From assembly GCA_000091165.1 (NCBI GenBank), contig FP565575.1:1-32000 (forward strand): DNA of 32,000 nucleotides, given 5' to 3'. The notes under the pieces were generated by a model that ran no database searches, had not been told where the DNA came from, and saw nothing but the letters and a program-made list of their open reading frames with translations. The stretch is from Candidatus Methylomirabilis oxygeniifera. Lineage in GTDB: Bacteria > Methylomirabilota > Methylomirabilia > Methylomirabilales > Methylomirabilaceae. How positions within the stretch are numbered: position 1 is the first letter of the stretch; each line of letters begins with the position of its first letter. Positions 8,302 to 17,140 of this stretch are shown here, in pieces. Position numbers and translations under genes: made by a program.

Positions 8302-9630
8302 ATGCTGAATAAACACCTAAGTGTATTTATATTCACGTTGTTGTCTGTGTTGGTGTTTTCCGGGTGCGCACAGAACGCCGCATACCGCACCGACTATCAA
8401 TCTTGTGTGTACACTCAATCCGGTGATTGTGCTGATCATGCCATACAGCACCATGCACCGGGTCAGTCAGATGAATATTATCTGTCTTTCGTCGAGTTTG
8501 ATGACCAGGGTCAATTATGGGATCGGACACAATTACGCAAAGTGTTGGAGACTTATCAACCCATAGCCGGCATCCACGATGTGTTGCTCGTCGCGTTCAT
8601 CCACGGTTGGCATCACAATGCTGATCCTGAAGACGGCAATGTCAAAGAATTTCGTCGGCTGCTCACTAAACTGTCGCATGTTGAATCCAACGGCGGCACA
8701 GGACGTAAAGTACTGGGGGTGTACATCGGCTGGCGCGGAGAATCTATTACCATCCCGGTGATTAACGCCACGACTTTCTGGGATCGAAAAAACACGGCTC
8801 ATAAGGTGGGGCAACAAGGCGTGACAGAGGTCTTGCTGAAACTGGAAGAGATAGTCAACGTCAAAGCCGGTATGGACGCAGCAACAGCTCAACCGCTTAA
8901 AAGCCGTCTAGTGACCATTGGACACAGCTTTGGCGGTGCCGTACTGTATACGGCCTTACAGCAAATCCTTGAAGATCGTTTTATAGACAGTCGTCAGTAT
9001 AAAACATCTACCGGCGACGCAAATGGTATGGGCGATCTGGTGGTATTAATGAACCCGGCATTTGAAGCGCTGCGTTATGCGACACTGTACGATATTTCGC
9101 AGGACTATTGCCGCAGCTATCGTCTCGGTCAATTCGTTCAATTACCAAAACTGGCAATTCTCACTTCAGAAACTGACCGGGCTACCGGCTGGGCTTTCCC
9201 TGTAGGACGTTTTTTTTCAACTTTTTTTGAAACGCATACAACCCTTAACCGACATCGTTGCACGGATATCGGTAAAATAGACCCGATGAAAATTGCAGAA
9301 GGCGAAGCAGATCGGCATGCCGTCGGCCACTTTAGACCTTATCTTACGCACCGCCTCATTCCCGTAACAACCTCTGCAAAACGCGGTACGAATTTTAATT
9401 ATCGCGCCTTACAAAATCTCTGGTCACGGCAGGAGATATCCGGTTCATTTACATTTGAAAATACAAAACTGATGCACCTGGGGAAGACCGTACCCAATAA
9501 CCCTTATCTCAATATTCAGGTAGATCGGCATTTGATTGAGGGCCACAACGATATTTGGCATGATGATATTGTGAATTTCCTGCGTGATTTGATTATGATT
9601 TCAACCACTCCAGGGCAATTAGCGCAATAG
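8302..9630 (+). CDS. Predicted lipoprotein, alpha/beta-hydrolase fold serine esterase/lipase (DUF900-like)
   Basis: ATG 8302 is preceded by AGAGGTG. Lipobox LVFSGC. Nucleophile elbow GHSFGG and a C-terminal His context EGHNDIW. The gene is clearly AT-richer than its flanks. Confidence 0.7.
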   Translation: MLNKHLSVFIFTLLSVLVFSGCAQNAAYRTDYQSCVYTQSGDCADHAIQHHAPGQSDEYYLSFVEFDDQGQLWDRTQLRKVLETYQPIAGIHDVLLVAFIHGWHHNADPEDGNVKEFRRLLTKLSHVESNGGTGRKVLGVYIGWRGESITIPVINATTFWDRKNTAHKVGQQGVTEVLLKLEEIVNVKAGMDAATAQPLKSRLVTIGHSFGGAVLYTALQQILEDRFIDSRQYKTSTGDANGMGDLVVLMNPAFEALRYATLYDISQDYCRSYRLGQFVQLPKLAILTSETDRATGWAFPVGRFFSTFFETHTTLNRHRCTDIGKIDPMKIAEGEADRHAVGHFRPYLTHRLIPVTTSAKRGTNFNYRALQNLWSRQEISGSFTFENTKLMHLGKTVPNNPYLNIQVDRHLIEGHNDIWHDDIVNFLRDLIMISTTPGQLAQ

Positions 9631-9706
9631 GTTGTGAGCCAGGAAATCAATAAGGGGCAGTACGGAGAGGGCAGATCAACGACCGGTACCCGGTGTAGCG
9701 GTGGGA

Positions 9707-10489
9707 TTAACCCTCCAGGGCCAGGATGCGGAGCATCTCCTCATGGAGCAGGCCGTTGCTGGCCACGATCTGGGGGTTCGAGAGGTGATGCGGCCCACCG
9801 CGAAGATCGGTTATACGGCCGCCCGCCTCTGTGACCATCAGCACGCCTGCCGCCATGTCCCACGGATACAGCTTCAGCTCCCAGAAGGCGTCGAATCGGC
9901 CGGCGGCCACATAACACAGGTCAAGGGCTGCGGAGCCTGGGCGACGGATACCCTGCGCGTGCTTCATGAACCTCACAAAATAATCGAGGTTATTATTCTT
10001 CGTGCCCGCGACGTCATTCGGAAATCCGGTGGCCAGCAGGGCGTCCGACAGTATGTGGATGGTCGAGACCTGTAATCGCTTGCCGTTCAAGAATGCTCCT
10101 GCGCCTCGCTCGGCCGTGAATAGCTCCTCCAGGTTCGGATCGTAGACTAACCCAAAGATCAGCTCGCCGTCCTTTTCCACACCGATCGATACCGAAAAAC
10201 AGGGATAGCCGTGGGCATAATTCGTGGTGCCGTCCAGCGGATCGATGAGCCAGCGGTATCCGGAGTCGCCGTCAAGTCTGGTCCCCTCCTCGCACACCAC
10301 GCTATGGTGGGGCAACTTGCGCCGAATCAGGTCGGCGATCGCTGCCTCCGAGCGGCGATCCACGGTGGTAACGAGGTTCTTCACGCCCTTGTATTCAATG
10401 GTTCGACTCTGCTCGAGTCCCTGACGAAGGATCGCGCCGGCCTCCTTTGCGGCCCGCAGCGCCACCATGCGTATCATGTCAATGTCCAT
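9707..10489 (-). CDS. suhB: Inositol monophosphatase family protein (SuhB-like)
   Basis: 260 aa with motifs EEG, WLIDPLDGTTNY and YPWDMAAG. Confidence 0.9.
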   Translation of the reverse strand: MDIDMIRMVALRAAKEAGAILRQGLEQSRTIEYKGVKNLVTTVDRRSEAAIADLIRRKLPHHSVVCEEGTRLDGDSGYRWLIDPLDGTTNYAHGYPCFSVSIGVEKDGELIFGLVYDPNLEELFTAERGAGAFLNGKRLQVSTIHILSDALLATGFPNDVAGTKNNNLDYFVRFMKHAQGIRRPGSAALDLCYVAAGRFDAFWELKLYPWDMAAGVLMVTEAGGRITDLRGGPHHLSNPQIVASNGLLHEEMLRILALEG

Positions 10490-10659
10490 CCAGCCTCCTT
10501 GTGAAAATTAGTGTTAGTGTATCACATTCGCCGACCGGTGTCGAAGGCTTCGCGCTCGTGCCGTCTCGCGTTGCTCCAGTCAAGGGGTGATGATAATATG
10601 TGTGCGGGCGTCGGCATTCGGCATCACACGCGGCAGACGCATTCGCGGAGACCACAAGC

Positions 10660-10779
10660 ATGGCTATTGTCTGGAAGTGCCTCATCTGCGGTTATTACCA
10701 TCAGGACGATCGACCGCCGGACCACTGTCCGAGCTGTGGCGCGCCCAGAGAAGAGTTCGTTCTTGTAGAGGAGGACTGA
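10660..10779 (+). CDS. Rubredoxin-like zinc-ribbon mini-protein (39 aa)
   Basis: Not in the ORF track because it is under 60 aa. Sequence: MAIVWKCLICGYYHQDDRPPDHCPSCGAPREEFVLVEED. It has two CxxC knuckles with rubredoxin spacing and a GGAG about 9 nt upstream. It ends 47 nt before cstA. Confidence 0.6.
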   Translation: MAIVWKCLICGYYHQDDRPPDHCPSCGAPREEFVLVEED

Positions 10780-10826
10780 TTGTCGTTGAAGCCCTTTGAG
10801 AATCTGGTGAGAAGGAACAGCGCCCC

Positions 10827-12521
10827 ATGAGTCTTCCGTCGCTGGCTGTCATCCTGCTGGTGGGGATCGCGGTCGGGTATCGGCTGTACAGTCGGTTTGT
10901 GGCCAGACAGTACGGCTTGGACGATACACACCTCACCCCGGCGTGCGAGATGAATGACGGGGTGGATTATGTGCCGACGAAGCCCTTCTACCTGCTGGGC
11001 CAGCACTTCAGCGCCATCGCTGCCGCAGGTCCTATTGCCGGCCCGATTATGGCCGCCCAGATATTCGGGTGGCTTCCCTGTCTGCTCTGGATCGGTCTGG
11101 GGACTATCTTCATCGGGGCGGTCCATGACTTCTCCAGCCTGGCGGCGTCGGTCAAGCACCGTGCCCGGTCGATCGCCGAGATCGTCCGTCTCTACCTGGG
11201 ACAGCGTGGCTGGCTCGCCATGATGCTCTTTATCTGGCTTGCCCTGATCTACGTGATCGTGGCCTTTACCGACATCACGGCGAGCACCTTCGTGGGCAAG
11301 ACGGAAGAGTTTGAGGGGGAGACCTTCGCATTCAACCCTGGTGGGGCCGTGGCCGCCGCCAGCACGATGTACCTGCTCCTGGCCGTCCTCATGGGATTGA
11401 TCCAGAGGCGGTTCGACCCGCCGCTCTGGCTCCAGACGATCATCTTCGTCCCGGCAACCTTAGGCGTCGTCTGGTTCGGCACAAAGATCTCGACGCTCCT
11501 CATCCTGGATGTAAAGATGTGGGGGGTCCTGATCCTGGCCTACTGCTTTGCGGCCTCTCTTTTGCCGATGTGGCTGCTCCTCCAGCCGAGGGGGTACCTC
11601 GGTGGATTTATCCTCTACCTGACCCTCTTTGTCGGCCTCATCGGAATCTTCTTCGGCGGGTTTCAAGTCGAGCAGGAGAGCTTCAAGACCTGGCGCGCGC
11701 CGGGAATGACCGGCGCGCTGTTCCCGTTTCTCTTTGTCACCATCGCCTGCGGGGCCTGTTCCGGATTCCATGGCCTGGTCTGTTCCGGAACGACGTCAAA
11801 ACAGATCGAGAAGGAGAGCCACTGCCGGCCAGTGGGGTACGGCGCCATGCTGCTGGAAGGGTTCGTAGCCTTTATCGCGCTGGCGACCGTCATGATCGTG
11901 GCCCAACCCCAGCTCCAGGGAATGGCGCCCGGTAAGATTTATGGGGACGGGATTGGCAGGTTTCTTGCGATCCTCATCGGGCCGGAACACCTTCGATTCG
12001 CAATGACCTTCGGGGCCATGGCCTTTTCCACCTTTGTCTTTGACACGCTGGATGTCAGCACCCGTCTGAGCCGCTACATCATTCAAGAGCTGTTCAACTG
12101 GTCGGGGAAGAAGGGGGCGATGCTGGCGACCGCACTCACGATAGCGCTTCCCCTCTTTCTCATCATGAGATCGGGCGAAGGCGCGTATCGACTCTTTTGG
12201 ACCCTCTTCGGGACCGGCAATCAACTCCTGGCGGCCCTGACCCTGTTGGGGATTACGGTCTGGCTCAAGAGGTCGGCTCGACCGACCTGGTTCGCCCTGT
12301 TCCCGATGCTCTTCGTTATGACCATGACGATCTGGTCCCTGGTCATCCAGGCGCGGGAGGCCTATGCAGTCATTCTGCAAGAGGGTATCGTCCTAAACAC
12401 GACGATCTTGAATGGGGTTGTCAGTGTGAGCCTGCTGTGTCTCGCGGCTATTCTGATCATTGAGGCGTTGCGAGCCCTCGCCCAACCGGTGATGTCTACC
12501 GTCAAGGCCCCCACTACCTGA
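10827..12521 (+). CDS. cstA: Carbon starvation protein CstA (peptide/pyruvate transporter family)
   Basis: 564-aa polytopic membrane protein. The N-terminal region ...PTKPFYLLGQHFSAIAAAGPIAGPI... is characteristic of CstA. GAAGGAA RBS. Confidence 0.9.
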   Translation: MSLPSLAVILLVGIAVGYRLYSRFVARQYGLDDTHLTPACEMNDGVDYVPTKPFYLLGQHFSAIAAAGPIAGPIMAAQIFGWLPCLLWIGLGTIFIGAVHDFSSLAASVKHRARSIAEIVRLYLGQRGWLAMMLFIWLALIYVIVAFTDITASTFVGKTEEFEGETFAFNPGGAVAAASTMYLLLAVLMGLIQRRFDPPLWLQTIIFVPATLGVVWFGTKISTLLILDVKMWGVLILAYCFAASLLPMWLLLQPRGYLGGFILYLTLFVGLIGIFFGGFQVEQESFKTWRAPGMTGALFPFLFVTIACGACSGFHGLVCSGTTSKQIEKESHCRPVGYGAMLLEGFVAFIALATVMIVAQPQLQGMAPGKIYGDGIGRFLAILIGPEHLRFAMTFGAMAFSTFVFDTLDVSTRLSRYIIQELFNWSGKKGAMLATALTIALPLFLIMRSGEGAYRLFWTLFGTGNQLLAALTLLGITVWLKRSARPTWFALFPMLFVMTMTIWSLVIQAREAYAVILQEGIVLNTTILNGVVSVSLLCLAAILIIEALRALAQPVMSTVKAPTT

Positions 12522-12534
12522 CATGAGGGAGCGA

Positions 12535-13317
12535 ATGCCGGAAAAGGAAGAGCTGCGGACACTTCTGGACTTTGCCGTCGATGCGGCCCGGCAGGCCGGC
12601 GAGATCACCATGGAATATTTCCAGACCGCTTTGTCGCCGGAGCGAAAACCGGACCGAACCTTTGTGACGGCGGCTGACCGTCAAGCTGAGGAGAGGCTCC
12701 GGGCGTTAATCCGACAGGCCTACCCGGACCACGGCATTCTTGGGGAAGAGTTCGGCGAGCAGCAGGGCAGCTCCGGCTGGACCTGGATCATCGACCCGCT
12801 CGACGGGACCGCCTCTTTCCTTCACGGTGTTCCGCTCTTCGGTGTCCTGCTTGGATTAGAGGTCGAGGGAGAGGTTGTTCTGGGGGTGGCGAACTTTCCC
12901 GCGCTGGGTGAGGTGGTCTATGCCGCCAGAGGGTTAGGCTGCTTCTGGAACGGGCGTCGCGCTGTCGTGTCAGGTGTAGACGATCTGAAGGAGGCGCTGC
13001 TCCTGTACACCGACGGCGCCGGCTTCGAGCCGTATGGACGGGAGGCGGCCTTCCGTCATCTGACCGCCGCCGCTCGGATGCACCGGAGCTGGGGCGATTG
13101 TTACGGTCACATTCTGGTTGCAACGGGACGGGCGGAGGTGATGCTCGATCCGGTGATGAACATCTGGGACTGTGCGGCACTGCTGCCGATCCTGCGGGAG
13201 GCGGGTGGAACCTTTACGGATTGGCAGGGGCGGCCGACTATCCGTGGCGGGGATGCCATCTCGACCAATAGGCGGTTACTTGATCAGGTGATGCACGTTG
13301 TCAAGAAGGGGAAGTAA
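12535..13317 (+). CDS. Inositol monophosphatase family protein (HisN/histidinol-phosphatase-like paralog)
   Basis: Motifs GEE, WIIDPLDGTASF and IWDCAAL. ATG 12535 has a GAGGGAG RBS. The tracked ATG 12523 sits 1 nt after the cstA stop. Confidence 0.8.
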   Translation: MPEKEELRTLLDFAVDAARQAGEITMEYFQTALSPERKPDRTFVTAADRQAEERLRALIRQAYPDHGILGEEFGEQQGSSGWTWIIDPLDGTASFLHGVPLFGVLLGLEVEGEVVLGVANFPALGEVVYAARGLGCFWNGRRAVVSGVDDLKEALLLYTDGAGFEPYGREAAFRHLTAAARMHRSWGDCYGHILVATGRAEVMLDPVMNIWDCAALLPILREAGGTFTDWQGRPTIRGGDAISTNRRLLDQVMHVVKKGK

Positions 13318-13350
13318 GGGCGCAGTTTTCTGGCCCCTGCCTCGACTCAT

Positions 13351-13391
13351 GAAAGCAAAACGGGCGCTCCCTTCCGATCCGGGAACGCCCG
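13351..13391 (-). terminator. Rho-independent terminator downstream of ytxH
   Basis: Minus-strand reading: CGGGCGTTCCC-GGATCGGAA-GGGAGCGCCCG (11-bp stem with 1 mismatch), followed by TTTTGCTTTC. Confidence 0.7.
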
Positions 13392-13416
13392 CAACCAACA
13401 AGACCGCAACAGACGA

Positions 13417-13737
13417 TTATCTCTCTTGCAGCTTGCCTCGCTCTCTGTCCATCGCCTCCTTACCGGCCTGATAGGCGGCGGTGAGGATCGCCTTTTTCTC
13501 TTCAAAGACCTCTTTGCCTACCCCGAACACATCCTCGACCCGATCCCTGACGTCATCCACGAGATCGGTGCTCCGATCCTTGACGTCTGTCGCGAGGTCT
13601 CTGAGGCGAGTGCGGGTCTGTCGGCCCCCCTCAGGAGCGAATAGGAGCGCCAGACTTGCCCCAAGCACACCGCCAACGATAAACGCGAGAGCAACAGATG
13701 CAGGAGCACATCCCCGTTCTTCACTCATGTCCGTCAC
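13417..13737 (-). CDS. YtxH-domain general stress protein
   Basis: 106 aa. N-terminal hydrophobic segment LAFIVGGVLGASLALLFAPEGGRQTR, followed by a charged helical region. Confidence 0.7.
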   Translation of the reverse strand: MTDMSEERGCAPASVALAFIVGGVLGASLALLFAPEGGRQTRTRLRDLATDVKDRSTDLVDDVRDRVEDVFGVGKEVFEEKKAILTAAYQAGKEAMDRERGKLQER

Positions 13738-14123
13738 CTCCTTCCTATGAGCCGTACGATAAGAGTTTTCAGGCCAACCCGAAGGCCGGTCGAAAAGGCA
13801 GCGCCGGTGATCAGCTTCGGAAAAACGAATTGCTGTACTAATTGATTCACATTCCGTACGGTTTGCCCCGCTTCGGCAATCGAGTCAAACGTCCCGCCCA
13901 TTTTCCCTAGCCCGCTGGTCACTTGGTCAGAGGCGCGATTAAGATTTCCGATGACGTCTTTCAGTTCGACCAGCATAGGTCGTAATTCACACTCGACCAC
14001 CCTGAGAAAATCCTCAGCCTGTCTGGCAGTCCTCCGAAGCTGCACAAGCATGGGGATCATGCTGCACACCAGGAGGAAGAATAGGGCCACAATCGCCCAT
14101 AACGCATACTCTACCGTGGACAT
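13734..14123 (-). CDS. DUF948-like membrane-anchored coiled protein
   Basis: 129 aa with a single N-terminal TM helix and then a helical domain. It overlaps ytxH by 4 nt. YtxH/DUF948 pairing is known from Firmicutes. Confidence 0.55.
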   Translation of the reverse strand: MSTVEYALWAIVALFFLLVCSMIPMLVQLRRTARQAEDFLRVVECELRPMLVELKDVIGNLNRASDQVTSGLGKMGGTFDSIAEAGQTVRNVNQLVQQFVFPKLITGAAFSTGLRVGLKTLIVRLIGRR

Positions 14124-14215
14124 CAGTCTCCTCAGCGAATATCTAAAGAACCGATAATCACTATACCCTAATCATCCGTTAAGGTCAAGGTGGAAGATGG
14201 TACTTCATTTTTAGC

Positions 14216-14265
14216 TTGACAATGGGGTCCTCCTTAGTTAAATTACCTTTCGAAGTTGTTCGAAG
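14216..14265 (+). promoter_or_regulatory. Sigma70-like promoter (TTGACA-17-TAAATT) followed by a tandem TTCGAAG repeat
   Basis: TTGACA at 14216-14221 and TAAATT at 14239-14244. TTCGAAG at 14249-14255 and 14259-14265 (10-nt period), each containing a palindromic TTCGAA. Confidence 0.45.
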
Positions 14266-14666
14266 TAAGGCCGCTGGCCCAAATCCTGCCGAATGAGATG
14301 CCGGCCCATGTACCGGAGTAATCGGCACCCGTACCGTTCACACAGGTGAAGATTAGCGTCAGCTCGATCTGAGTGAATCTGAAATGGTGGGCGGTAAGGC
14401 GGAAGGTTGCAAGGTGTGCTGGTTACCGGTTTCAGGAAGAATATCGTAGGCTGATGCGGCACAGCTTGTGCGTAGTATCTGAATTGTAGGATGTTGTAAC
14501 GCTCCGGTCGGATGACAATGTCGCTGCTGCGGTTGTTCCGAGATTGATTCTCCATAGGCGGTCGTGGGTGAGTCCCTATGAGATACAATCTGAGTTGCAT
14601 CGAGCAGTGGATATCGTCGGGTGGCCAGAGTTAACCGCTAACCAGTCAAACTAAGGGAGGATTTCA

Positions 14667-14759
14667 GTGGATCGCGGAGACACAATACTGTTGTGGCTTG
14701 CGGCTGGTGGCCTGTTGCTCTTCGTGACAATCGCTATGGTCATTTCGTTCATGAGTTAG
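14667..14759 (+). CDS. Hypothetical 30-aa single-TM peptide
   Basis: GTG start 6 nt after AAGGGAGG (14653-14660). Sequence: (M)DRGDTILLWLAAGGLLLFVTIAMVISFMS. Not in the ORF track. Confidence 0.45.
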   Translation: MDRGDTILLWLAAGGLLLFVTIAMVISFMS

Positions 14760-15087
14760 TGGCTCCGGTAGATGTAACTTCAGGATCGCACGAACTCATG
14801 ATATCAGAGCAAGAAGTTCCCAGTAGGCCGAAGGTTGGAATGCTCATTTCCGATATCGCGGCTGTACCGGTGAGACCTTTCGCCTAGGGTCCGCGGGTTC
14901 GGGCAATATCGGTATTTGGCGAGTGAGTTCGTAAGAACCTGTCGCCTTTGCTGAGCTTTCGAACCACGAGTAATCCGAGTTGTCCGCTGGTTGCCCGTTG
15001 ATGGGCTGTCGCAGTCGGGTAATCGGACAAGAAGCTGAGGTCGTCGCTTCTTTGATGACTCGGAATCGCGGTTAGGTCAATATGTGT

Positions 15088-15117
15088 AGCCGGGCGCGGT
15101 CTGCGCCCGGCTTTTTC
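15088..15117 (+). terminator. Rho-independent terminator (plus strand only)
   Basis: AGCCGGGCGC-GGTCT-GCGCCCGGCT (10-bp GC-rich stem) followed by TTTTT. The reverse-strand context is not T-rich. Confidence 0.8.
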
Positions 15118-15302
15118 CAGTTTGTGGTCAATTCTGATGACCAGCCGCTCGGCATACTTTTCTCAAAGCTCTGCCTCCATCGAGCAGCGCTACGGATTAA
15201 ATCCCAGGATCTTCTCCAGCGTAAGCATCCCGCTCACCACAACCATGGTCGGTATCTGGACCTTCTGACGTCAGGTGGTTGAGAAGTGAGCGATAAGAAG
15301 CC

Positions 15303-15773
15303 TCACTCCCGAGCACGGACAACGAGGACCGGTCGATCGGCCGACCGCAGCACATGCTCTACTACCGAGCCCAGGAGCAGGTGCTTCATCCCGGAATAGC
15401 CGTGGGATGCCATGACGATGAGATCCGCCCCCTTGGTCTCAGCTTCCTCGCAGATCGCATCATGGACCGATCCGGCGATCTCCACCACTCGCACCTCCGT
15501 TTTCACCTTTCCCTCTGCGCGAACTTCCTCAGGCACAAGCGCTTCCAGCGAAGAGAATAGATCTTCCCGTATCTCTGCCCGCTCCTCAGCAAGCGTCTCC
15601 CCAGGCGTAGGCTGGGAGTAGAGCGGGTCCGGCATCCCGGATACGTCAACCGCGCACAAAAGGATGACAGTGCCGCCCCGTCCTGCCAGGATGCCATAGG
15701 CATGAGGGACCGCGGTATTTCCAAGGGGCGAGAGATCTGTGGTCACCAGCACTTTCTGATATTGTGGCAACAT
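15303..15773 (-). CDS. Universal stress protein (UspA family)
   Basis: Start MLPQYQKVLVTTDLS with an AGGAGG RBS. C-terminal ATP-binding-type motif MASHGYSGMKHLLLGSVVEHVLRSADRPVLVV. The tracked start at 15869 is probably too long. Confidence 0.85.
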   Translation of the reverse strand: MLPQYQKVLVTTDLSPLGNTAVPHAYGILAGRGGTVILLCAVDVSGMPDPLYSQPTPGETLAEERAEIREDLFSSLEALVPEEVRAEGKVKTEVRVVEIAGSVHDAICEEAETKGADLIVMASHGYSGMKHLLLGSVVEHVLRSADRPVLVVRARE

Positions 15774-16033
15774 GGCGTGAAACCTCCTTGTCAAGCAGGT
15801 TATCGCTCTTCGCTCACCGAGATTGTGGCGATTACTCTCGCGACTCTCCAGTGCACCGGTACGCGTCACGTTCTTGAGAACATCTTCAATTTATCCCCCC
15901 GCGAGAATCTTGTCAATAAGTGAGCAAGCAAGCACCAAAAGTAATGTTATGATATTTATATATGACATATCGGTAAGCATCCGAGAGTAACGAGAGTCAT
16001 GGTGGAGAATTGGCGCCTTGGTCTTATCAAAAT

Positions 16034-16061
16034 GCAGCAATCAGTGCTCAGCGGTCAGCAG
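16034..16061. repeat. Heptamer tandem repeat (GCAGCAA TCAGTGC TCAGCGG TCAGCAG), GCTGA-core family
   Basis: 7-nt period for 4 units. It is the reverse orientation of the array at 25698-25718. Confidence 0.6.
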
Positions 16062-16168
16062 ATAAACCCTCCATGATCCCCCTTCGTAAAGGAGGATTGA
16101 GGAGATTTTAATCCGCCGCAGTGCGGTCGTGGTTGCATGGAGTGTTACTAAGCCATTGTAAGGGACAA

Positions 16169-17140
16169 TTGAAGCGAAGTTCAACATACCTGGCAGCGGT
16201 GGCCGGGACAGCTTTCCTCCTTGTCGCGCTTGGTGTCTGGGCTGTCGGCTTGGGGGGTTGGCGTACAGCCTCGCCCATGCCGCTCGAACGAACCGAGGTG
16301 GCGATGGCAGCTCTCGATGGAAAAATCTACGTGATCGGGGGTTTCAAGGCGTTCTTCATTGGCGGCGTCACCGATGCCGTTCAGAAGTACGACCCGGCTC
16401 TTGACCGGTGGGAGGACCGGGCACCGCTCCCCGAGGCACTGCATCACGTGGCAGCCGCCGGCATAGACGGTAAGCTGTACGTGGTCGGCGGGTATCGCCA
16501 AGTCTGGCCCTGGCAACCGGTAGCGAGCCTTTGGCGCTACGATCCGGCTATCAATCGCTGGGAGGCAAGACGGTCGATGCCGACGGCGAGGGGGGCGCCG
16601 GCTGTAGCCGTAATAAATGGAAAACTGTACGCAGTGGGGGGAATGACTAGCCAAGTACTCGACGTCCATGAGGAGTACGATCCGGTGACGGATACCTGGC
16701 GTAAGCGGGCACCCATGCCGACAGCTCGCGATCACCTTGCGGCCGCGGCCCTGGGTGGCAAACTATATGCGGTGGGTGGTCGCGTCGGAACGCGCGTTGG
16801 AACGCTGGGCGAGAATCTGGCTGCGACCGAGGTCTACGATCCGGTCGCTGACCGCTGGGAGACGAGGCAGCCGATGCCGACCGCCAGGGGTGGCATCGGC
16901 GCCGCGGCCTTGGGCGGCCGGCTGTTTGTCTTCGGCGGCGAGGAATCTGCCGGGACCTTCGCCCAGACGGAAGCCTACGATCCGGTCACTGACCGCTGGA
17001 CGGCTCTGGCGCCGATGCCGACGGCCCGACATGGCCTCGGTGCGGCAGCCGTCGGCGGCAAGATCTTTGTCATCGGGGGTGGCGTGAAGCCGGGTGCCTC
17101 AAAGAGTGGTCTCAACGAGGTCTTCGACCCCGGCCCATGA
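16169..17140 (+). CDS. Membrane-anchored Kelch-repeat beta-propeller protein
   Basis: Six repeats carry G(K/R)(I/L)(Y/F)(V/A)(I/V/F)GG followed by YDP...W. N-terminal anchor AAVAGTAFLLVALGVWAV. I prefer TTG 16169 (AAGGGA RBS) to the tracked GTG 16121. Confidence 0.8.
   Translation: MKRSSTYLAAVAGTAFLLVALGVWAVGLGGWRTASPMPLERTEVAMAALDGKIYVIGGFKAFFIGGVTDAVQKYDPALDRWEDRAPLPEALHHVAAAGIDGKLYVVGGYRQVWPWQPVASLWRYDPAINRWEARRSMPTARGAPAVAVINGKLYAVGGMTSQVLDVHEEYDPVTDTWRKRAPMPTARDHLAAAALGGKLYAVGGRVGTRVGTLGENLAATEVYDPVADRWETRQPMPTARGGIGAAALGGRLFVFGGEESAGTFAQTEAYDPVTDRWTALAPMPTARHGLGAAAVGGKIFVIGGGVKPGASKSGLNEVFDPGP

Noticed and set aside
14249-14265. Possible LexA (Cheo-box-like) operator in TTCGAAGTTGTTCGAAG
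   Set aside because: The Gram-positive-type box is CGAAC-N4-GTTCG. Here the half-sites are CGAA/TTCG with the wrong spacing, so I keep it only as an unassigned tandem repeat.
14238-14600. 120-aa minus-strand ORF in the 14.2-15.3 kb gap
   Set aside because: There is no RBS before its ATG, its composition is odd (P/R/Y-rich), and it has no recognisable motif. It overlaps the plus-strand promoter and leader region. It is treated as non-coding, although this is not proven.
15116-15300. Minus-strand frame reading ...PTMVVVSGMLTLEKILGFNP, reminiscent of a CBS/CorC-type C-terminal fragment
   Set aside because: It is only about 20 residues of vague similarity, interrupted by stops. That is too weak to call a pseudogene without a database search.
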